Positions 10,576-17,092 of a stretch of 17,092 bases of DNA are shown piece after piece. The stretch's first letter is position 1. Every line of letters starts with the position of its first letter. Origin of the DNA: Paraspadella gotoi (taxonomy: Eukaryota; Animalia; Chaetognatha). Made by a program: the position numbers and the translations under genes. The stretch spans positions 1 to 17,092 of the forward strand of contig JBJCIZ010000208.1 of assembly GCA_051294375.1 (NCBI GenBank). Direction: 5' to 3'. The notes beneath the pieces are model-generated. The model was given only the letters and a program-made list of their open reading frames with translations. It had not been told where the DNA came from and did no database searches.

Positions 10576-12057
10576 TAGAAGGGGAAAACGAAAAGTTTAA
10601 ATTTACTTCTTTTTTTTTCATCATGTAGACGAGAATCTCGCTTAAAAAAATTCAACATTTTTATCATGGTAGTTTAGTTCTTTCCTTATTTTATTTGAGG
10701 ACTGATAATTTAATGAGGATTGAGAACTGAGAACTGAGAAGATCGTTATCGTTGTCTTCAAAAGATTCCATTCCATCCCATTTTCGTGTGAAAAAGGAGT
10801 CCCAACATCTTGCAGGGTTTGACATTTACGTTACATTATTTGTTTCATAAATTTGAAAAGCGTGAGCTTCTTTCCACAGAATCACGAAATCACGTTAAAT
10901 TTTAACGGTAATTGTTGAAGCGAAACCTTAAAGGCTATCGTCGATGTATCAGATTGTCGTGAGTTGTTTAACTTCTCGATTTTCTAGCGTCGATGCATCC
11001 ATCGGAATTTAAGCAAGAATTAGATAGACTGCGTGCATCGAAAATTAGTTCAAACGGTCGCGCATCGGAATTTTATTTAGAAAAGATTTGTTCAGCCTTC
11101 ATTTAGATTTCAGTTTCGCGGAGAAAGTCAGTTTAATTTTAGCTTAGATCAGAGATTCGCGGGAAAATTGGTTCGACCTTGAAAGTCGTAGGATCGAAAC
11201 CGGCGTTGAGGAATTCTTTTCATTTTGTCTTGCCGACCGCAGTAGTTTAAAAAAGTCGAATTTGTTTTAATTATGAAACCGCGTTTATCAAATGACGTTT
11301 AAAGAAATGAAAATTCTTCCATTGATTGCGTCCAAAGTTTAAACTTCAAACTTTTGGTGCATGCGATGACGTTAAAAGAATTAAACCTTTCGATTTTGAA
11401 AATAATTTCATCCATTGAAACGTTATCCCACCCCGCGTTTAAAGCTATAAAGCTCCGGCAAAGAAAAACCAAGCGTGAAAAGGCGTTAGTTTCAGAATTT
11501 CCGGCCGTCACGCGGTCGTTCGCGTTTAATAGTAAGTTTTGACGTCAAGGCTCCGGCAGTGAGAAAATCTTTCGTGAATTAGAGTCAAAAATTCCCAATT
11601 TCCGGCCGTCGAGATGTAGAGGCAACGTTACGAGAGAGAGAAATTAAAAGATTGAGGAAATCATCATTTCGTCGGGATGCGGAGGCAAATTATTGATTGA
11701 GTTCAATTGAGGAAATTCTTTTATTTATTTTTTATTCTCTTCGTGATAGGCCATTTTAATATTATTTTATCAAATTTTAGAAAATTTATAATATATAGAA
11801 TCAAGATTTTGTTGGGCATTTTTATCCCATTTTTCTCGGTGCCCTCGGGCGTGCCATTTTGACACTTTAAATTATAAACTACACTAACCTAAATTTAACC
11901 TAGAAACCCAATAGTCCGTTCGTAACTCACACAAACGGATCTATCATTAACGGGTATGAGAATCCTAGAAAACAGAGACGCGGTCACGCATCTCTATATA
12001 GAATCGACATATGTCAATCTATTATTTAAATCCTCAAATGAGGTAATTTTGACATTA

Positions 12058-12163
12058 TCCCAGCTTAATGGGCCTCCGTCATTTGCAGAGGCAAATGGTC
12101 CCAGCTTAATGGGCCTCCGTCACTTGCAGAGGCAAATGGTCCCAGCCTAATGGGCCTCCGTCA
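12058..12163. repeat. 41-bp tandem repeat x2.6 in the element 5' leader
   Basis: Unit TCCCAGCTTAATGGGCCTCCGTCATTTGCAGAGGCAAATGG starts at 12058, 12099 and 12140. Confidence 0.95.
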
Positions 12164-12329
12164 ATCAACATTTGTCATAGCAAATGCAAGGAAGCGAAAA
12201 CGATTTATTATTAAAAAACGACCACATGCGGTAAAAAGTGCGCAAAAAAAAGTTCGACACTATATGGCGAATTCCATATTATTTCATAGTAATTCTTTAA
12301 CGGGGTTCATCGGTTTTAGCGTCGCCAAG

Positions 12330-12440
12330 GACGGCAGTTATGAGGCTCAACGCTGAGCAGGAGTTTTTCGTCTACATTGCAGACGGCAGTTATAGAGCTC
12401 AACGCTGAGCCGGGGTTTTTCGTCTACTCCGCAGACGGCA
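12330..12440. repeat. 52-bp tandem repeat x2.1 in the element 5' leader
   Basis: Units beginning GACGGCA start at 12330, 12382 and 12434. Confidence 0.93.
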
Positions 12441-12678
12441 TACCATCGAGCCCCAGTAAGCTAAAGCTCCCCACCCACGCTTGCGGATGACAAGGACCAA
12501 TCAATAGGCTAGCTTTACATCCACCCACGCGGATGTGAAGGAGAGTGGAAATTAAACACCCCACTTAGTATCTTAATCTTAATCTTAATTATCTTATATA
12601 ATAAACCATATGCATGATGAAACTCCACCCACCCCCACTTAAGGTAGCATAGCAACAAGAGACGTGGGGACCGAACAA

Positions 12679-12691
12679 GCCGATGCCACCA
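12679..12691 (-). other. Primer-binding site, tRNA-Leu-like
   Basis: Minus strand TGGTGGCATCGGC follows the CA of the 5' LTR with no spacer. It is 11/12 identical to the complement of the common animal tRNA-Leu 3' end (...CCGCUGCCACCA); the tRNA identity is from memory. Confidence 0.75.
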
Positions 12692-12960
12692 TGTCGTCTT
12701 TATTACTAACTCCTGTAATAACTGACGAATCTATTTAGCCTAATATATTAATAGAGGATTGAGTATTCACTATAGTTATATTAAATAAGGTAAAACAAAA
12801 GAAATAAAACGGGAGAGAAATACAAATTGTTACTCGGCCAAAATCACGACTGAAGAATTACAAGCGATCGAAAACCAAAAAGCATTTGTTTACAATTCGG
12901 CGAAGGTTATTTGTAAACTACAAGACCGAGATTTTGTAATAATACTTTAATATTCTGACA
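12692..12960 (-). repeat. 5' LTR (269 bp)
   Basis: TG...CA direct repeat of 3979-4243; on the minus strand AATAAA lies 7 nt before the LTR end. Confidence 0.95.
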
Positions 12961-13261
12961 AATTTTATTTGAAGTTAAGATATGCCTTGACAATGAGTGA
13001 GAAAAATTGGCTTGTGAAATCGCGATTTCATTTTTCCAACTCATTTTTTTAGATTCAATTTTTTTCTTTACTTTCAGTAAGTTTTTTGAAGAAATTTTAA
13101 ATGAAAATCAATATTTAATATTATTATCTTCTGAAAGCCCTTTCAAATCTAAAGAGAATGACATACTTATAAATACCTGTCAGTATTAAAATTTACCGGC
13201 CCAGCTTAATTTAATTAGGGATACTCAAAAACAAGACATCTTTCCAAAAATCAATAGCCTC

Positions 13262-13735
13262 TGTGGGATTCGAATCCCGCCTTATTTAATTTCCAACTCA
13301 ACTAAAATAAAAAGAGTATCTCGGGGATTCGATCCCGGAACTGTTTAGTCAGCGAACTATAAGTTAGTGGGTTTCCACCACCTCAGTGCTTACATTATAT
13401 TTCCAATTGTGCTAATTATGATAACATTGATAGTATAATCATGTGGAAACAAAAGAACATTATAATCATTTATAGTTTTACTAGGTGACACTAGTAGTAG
13501 TTATACAATTTTCATGGCTTTCACTTTTATTTCCTTGTCTTCTTACAAAGAACTTCTTCTACATTGTTAAACGATTATTATCCTTGTATTAATGTATTTC
13601 ATTGTTAATGTTACAAATTAATATTATTACTGTTATTACTTTTGCTTGTTGAGTCATATAGATATTCCATATAATCGAATATCTATATGCTTTGATTATT
13701 TTATTAAGGTAATGATTTTAAGCTGAACAAAATAA
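13262..13735 (+). repeat. LTR-like direct repeat copy 1
   Basis: Collinear, highly similar match to 14003-14470 up to GCTGAACAAAATAA. Confidence 0.92.
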
Positions 13736-14045
13736 CGAATTACTTCCGACCGCGCCCATCGCGGAATCATCACCGCCTTCAGACCCTCCCCCGCGCGAGA
13801 CGATAACCCCTTGTCAACATCATCCTTACGGGCTACGATCTCTCTCAAGCACCAGATCCCCCTTCCGGCCGGGCGTTAGAGCGGCGACACGCCCAGATTA
13901 CAACCCAGTCCTCAAACATCTTCTCCTTCAACCAAATGAGCCCAAACGTGAGACCGAGTTGTCCAGTTCCTCCTCTCCTCCCGTCGACTCATCTGGGGGG
14001 GATGTGGGATTCGATCCCGCCTTATTTAATTTCCAACTAAAATAA
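13722..14045 (+). pseudogene. Startless open frame, probably the low-complexity C-terminal tail of an LTR-element pol/integrase
   Basis: Stop-free for 107 codons: ...NELLPTAPIAESSPPSDPPPRETITPCQHHPYGLRSLSS...PPVDSSGGDVGFDPALFNFQLK*. It has an HPYxLRS-type motif and reads through the PPT (GGD-V) into the LTR, as is common in Gypsy/BEL pol tails. It is absent from the ORF track because it has no start codon. Confidence 0.6.
13995..14002 (+). other. Polypurine tract (PPT)
   Basis: GGGGGGGA immediately precedes TG at 14003. Confidence 0.8.
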
Positions 14046-14470
14046 AAAGAGTCATCTCGGGGATTCGATCCCGGAACTGTTTAGTCACGAACTATAAGTT
14101 GGTGGTTTCCACCACCTCAGTGCCTTACATAAGATATTCCAATTGTGCTAATTATGATAACATGATAGTATAATCATGTGGAAACAAAAGAACATTATAA
14201 TCATTTATAGTTTTCCTAGGTAACACTTGTAGTAGTTATACAATTTTCATGGCTATCACTTTTATTTCCTTGTCTTCTTACAAAGAACTTCTTCTACATT
14301 GTTAAACGATTATTATCCTAGTATTAATGTATTTCATTGTTAATGTTACCAATTAATATTATTACTGTTATTACTTTTGCTTGTTGAGTCATATAGATAT
14401 TCCATATAATCGAATATCTATATGCTTTGATTATTTTATTAAGGTAATGATTTTAAGCTGAACAAAATAA
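14003..14470 (+). repeat. LTR-like direct repeat copy 2 (3' LTR; may extend further right)
   Basis: Match to 13262-13735. Confidence 0.92.
14045..14130 (-). ncRNA. tRNA-like / Pol III-like structured unit inside the LTR (second copy ~13310-13392)
   Basis: Minus strand: GGCACTGA-GGTGGT(GGAA)ACCACC-AACT(TAT)AGTT-CGT-GACT(AAAC)AGTT-CCGGG(ATCGAAT)CCCCG-AGATGACTC-TTTTT. This gives consecutive hairpins, a B-box/T-loop-like GGATCGAATCC and an oligo-T run. Confidence 0.4.
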
Positions 14471-14804
14471 GAACTTTGTTCCGGACAATTTTATAGAACA
14501 GAAAAACTGTTCAGATAAACTCTTTGATTCCAACGCCGCCTAGAGGTTTTATCAGCGCCGTGGAAAAGAGGTGGCGACGCTGACCGCGAATTCGCCACAG
14601 CTCGAGGGTAAATTTAGGATTTTTATCAAATTGTGATTGGCTATCTTAAATCACTTTTTTTCAAGCTCTTTAATGATACTTATATTATAATAATGAAATA
14701 TTTTATGTATAATAATTGTATTTTGACTTTTCTTTTGCTATTTAAAATAGTTTAGAGATGAAAACGAAAAATTCGTTGTAATAGCAATTTTTTTAATTTT
14801 TATT

Positions 14805-14850
14805 AATGTACATGTTTCGACTCTTAGTATTACGAGTCTTCATCAGCAAA
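14805..14850 (-). ncRNA. Minimal hammerhead-ribozyme-like motif (type I, Penelope-type)
   Basis: Minus strand TTTG-CTGATGA-A-GACTC-gtaatactaa-GAGTC-GAAAC-AT-GTA-CATT shows both conserved boxes, a 5-bp stem II, palindromic ACATGT stem III and a GUA triplet, followed by AATAAA. Stem I is weak (2 bp) in this copy. Confidence 0.65.
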
Positions 14851-14888
14851 TGAATTCAATAGACCAAAAATTTTTTAAACATTAGTTT

Positions 14889-14922
14889 GAGAGAGAGAGA
14901 GAAAAGAGAGAGAGAGAGAGAG
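14889..14922 (+). repeat. (GA)n microsatellite
   Basis: Interrupted GA run; a further GA run lies at ~15030-15044. Confidence 0.9.
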
Positions 14923-15242
14923 TTTCCAACAAAGAATTGAGCAAGGATAGTGTGTCAGATGTGAGGACAGGTGAAAGTAGGGAAAGAGAGAGCAAATGAT
15001 TTTTGAAATTGGTGAAAAGAAGAAAGATAGAGAGAGAGAGAGAGAAGAGACACACAGGGATCAATACATTAGGCAATGTACCAACAGTGAAAAATTTTAG
15101 AAAAAACTAAATATTAACAAAAGTAATAATAAATTAATTGTTAGCTGATGATTGTTGGTAAGAGAAAATGAAATAGAAGAATAAGTGATGAGGGATAGAT
15201 AAGTTAAAGATAAGTGAAATAGTTAAGGTAAGAAAAGAGCTC

Positions 15243-15285
15243 AAATGATGAAGACTCGTAATACTAAGAGTCAAACATGTACATT
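15243..15285 (+). ncRNA. Second, damaged hammerhead-like copy
   Basis: AATG-[CTG missing]ATGA-A-GACTC-gtaatactaa-GAGTC-[G missing]AAAC-AT-GTA-CATT; stem I AATG/CATT is perfect here. Confidence 0.5.
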
Positions 15286-15716
15286 AATAAAAATAAAAAA
15301 AATTGCTTTATTACAACGAATTTTTCGTTTCATCTCTAAGTTATAATAAATTTAATCGGGTCATATATTTTAAAAAAGATTTAAAATTTTAGATAATCAA
15401 CTTTTGACTGTCTTAATTGAACCATAGACTGGCAGGCTTAATTTTATTTAGAGGCTTTCGTTAAGGTATATCATTCTTTCATTTTTTATAGGGCTTTCTG
15501 AAGGATATTAATATTGTAATTCATTTTAATAAATACTTTTGTTTTAAAAAGTGCTAAAATTTGAAAAAATATTGAATTTTAAAAACAGCGAGTTATAAAA
15601 TGAAACCTGATTTTAACTAAGCCAACTTTCTCCACTCATTTTCAAGGCATATCTTAACTGATCAATATAAAATTTGACACATAATGACTTTAATAGTTTT
15701 CTACTCTACTAATTTT

Positions 15717-16136
15717 NNNNNNNNNNNNNNNNNNNNNNNNNNNNNNNNNNNNNNNNNNNNNNNNNNNNNNNNNNNNNNNNNNNNNNNNNNNNNNNNNNNN
15801 NNNNNNNNNNNNNNNNNNNNNNNNNNNNNNNNNNNNNNNNNNNNNNNNNNNNNNNNNNNNNNNNNNNNNNNNNNNNNNNNNNNNNNNNNNNNNNNNNNNN
15901 NNNNNNNNNNNNNNNNNNNNNNNNNNNNNNNNNNNNNNNNNNNNNNNNNNNNNNNNNNNNNNNNNNNNNNNNNNNNNNNNNNNNNNNNNNNNNNNNNNNN
16001 NNNNNNNNNNNNNNNNNNNNNNNNNNNNNNNNNNNNNNNNNNNNNNNNNNNNNNNNNNNNNNNNNNNNNNNNNNNNNNNNNNNNNNNNNNNNNNNNNNNN
16101 NNNNNNNNNNNNNNNNNNNNNNNNNNNNNNNNNNNN
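15717..16136. other. Assembly gap (420 N)
   Basis: Run of N. Confidence 1.
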
Positions 16137-16299
16137 CGAGCCGCGGGGGGGACTGCGGCGAGGACGGGGAGAAGGGACACGAGAGGCTCGCACCGTGTCG
16201 GACCCCTGAAAAAAAGAAAAAGCGAGTGAGCAAAAATATAAATAATAAAATATAAAAATTATAGAAATTTTAAGGTATTAAGGTAAGTAGAATTATAGA

Positions 16300-16339
16300 C
16301 TAGACGAGAATCTCGCTTAAAAAAAAATTTAACATTTTT
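16300..16339 (-). mobile_element. Possible Helitron-like 3' terminus (dispersed repeat, second copy at 10626-10662)
   Basis: TAGACGAGAATCTCGCTTAAAAAAA...AACATTTTT occurs twice in the window. On the minus strand the quasi-palindrome CGAGATTCTCG is followed by T-CTAG|T. Confidence 0.35.
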
Positions 16340-16984
16340 CTAATAGAGAATTCCCGTTCCAAATCTTGACTACCCAAATTCGCAAACGCGTTTGCCAGAA
16401 ATTCGGCTAAAAACACTATGGCTTAAAAACCGCACGATTCCCCAGAGCGTTGCCATCTGAAGAGCTTGTCCTATTCATTTTATGGCATTTGATAAAGGAT
16501 TAATATCAAACAAGCCAGGGCGCGAAATGCCACTACTCATCTCCGGAGAATTTTCAAACCTCATTTTTACTATAGAACATGAAAGCGGAAAGTTTTCACC
16601 ATAACTCCTAACAATTGCAAACTCGCGGCGATTGCTTTTATTGTTCCTGTTACCATTGAGCGACATCTTCGAACTTTCGCGATTCTGATAGCTTTGTCGT
16701 TCTGAAGAAGCTTGTCCTTATTTTTCTTTCTTTCAGACGGTTCAGTTTTATATATGATTTTACATAAAACCTGCACCCGTCAGTGTTTAAATGAAATTAG
16801 TCCGGTTTGAATCGCGAAATTTTTATTTAAAAAAAATTAAAAGGAAGGTTGAGAAAAAACAAGATTTTTCCTAATATCTTTTGAAGGAATAAAGATAAAG
16901 GGATGGTAATAGTACCAAATTGAAGCCATAATCATAGGGCACATACAAGATACAATTTTAGAATTACTTATGCTGAAACCTCCT

Positions 16985-17092
16985 TACAGGGTGAGTGTCA
17001 AACTAAGTCAAAATTATAATGATTTTTAAAACTAATGACACCCCATAAGAACAAATGAAAATTTAATTCTTTTTAATGATTCTGAAAGAAAA
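16985..17092 (+). mobile_element. Possible left end of a Tc1/mariner-like element
   Basis: TA|CAGGGTG at 16985-16993 is a frequent mariner-type terminus; the partner end is not in the window. Confidence 0.3.

Larger units (their letters stand above)
3979..12960 (-). mobile_element. Ty3/Gypsy-type LTR retrotransposon, non-autonomous/defective
   Basis: Paired TG...CA LTRs, PBS beside the right LTR, PPT beside the left LTR, and pol remnants on the minus strand in RT-RNaseH-IN order. Flanks share only AAT exactly (CAAAT | AATTT). Confidence 0.92.
13262..14470 (+). mobile_element. Internally deleted LTR retrotransposon (TRIM-like): LTR - pol C-terminal tail - PPT - LTR
   Basis: Two ~470-bp direct repeats both begin TGTGGGATTCG; the second is preceded by GGGGGGGA (PPT). 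A 267-bp GC-rich spacer separates them. No PBS, clear 3' CA boundary or TSD was identified, so the right end is approximate. Confidence 0.75.
14753..15338. mobile_element. Fold-back element with ~93-bp inverted repeats carrying hammerhead-like motifs (Penelope-like derivative or MITE)
   Basis: 14753-14845 and 15246-15338 are inverted copies with only a few indels. Ends are TAGAGATG / CATCTCTA, flanked by AGTT on both sides (14749-14752, 15339-15342), around a ~400-bp GA-rich spacer. Confidence 0.8.

Noticed and set aside
12058-12440. CRISPR-like appearance of palindromic direct repeats
   Set aside because: Units are head-to-tail with no unique spacers, there are no cas genes, and the context is a eukaryotic retroelement.
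13262-13280. Bona fide tRNA gene at GTGGGATTCGAATCCCGC
   Set aside because: Only a T-arm-like palindrome at the LTR start; no D-arm, anticodon arm or acceptor stem in register.
14534-14610. CTCF-like motif (CCTCTAGGCGGCG on minus) and piggyBac-like end GAGGGTAAA
   Set aside because: Imperfect short matches, with no TTAA site and no partner end; unsupported without data.
16137-16232. GC-rich fragment after the gap
   Set aside because: Too short, at a contig edge, and no recognisable RNA or protein motif.
15684-16233. Four long ORFs of 159-181 aa
   Set aside because: They are artefacts of reading through the 420-N gap.

Overview
AT-rich, repeat-dominated eukaryotic (probably invertebrate animal) draft-assembly window with a 420-N gap. 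No intact host gene can be supported, and most listed ORFs are low-complexity, antisense or N-gap artefacts. From left to right: (1) a pyrimidine tract and a decayed hammerhead-like motif. (2) A 2.47-kb non-autonomous hAT-like element (1234-3707) with long degenerate TIRs and a 7/8 8-bp TSD, carrying a perfect 35-bp hairpin. (3) A 8.98-kb minus-strand Ty3/Gypsy-type LTR element (3979-12960) with near-identical 265/269-bp LTRs, PBS and PPT. It has no recognisable gag or protease and only a broken pol (RT scrap, RNase H, an unusually long Cys/His-rich linker, integrase). (4) A small plus-strand TRIM-like LTR remnant (13262-14470) whose repeats hold an antisense tRNA-like/Pol III-like structured unit. 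(5) A 586-bp fold-back element (14753-15338) whose inverted repeats each carry a Penelope-type minimal hammerhead-ribozyme-like motif. Items 4 and 5 and the Gypsy linker are the most unusual signals. All calls come from reading the sequence by eye, with no database searches.
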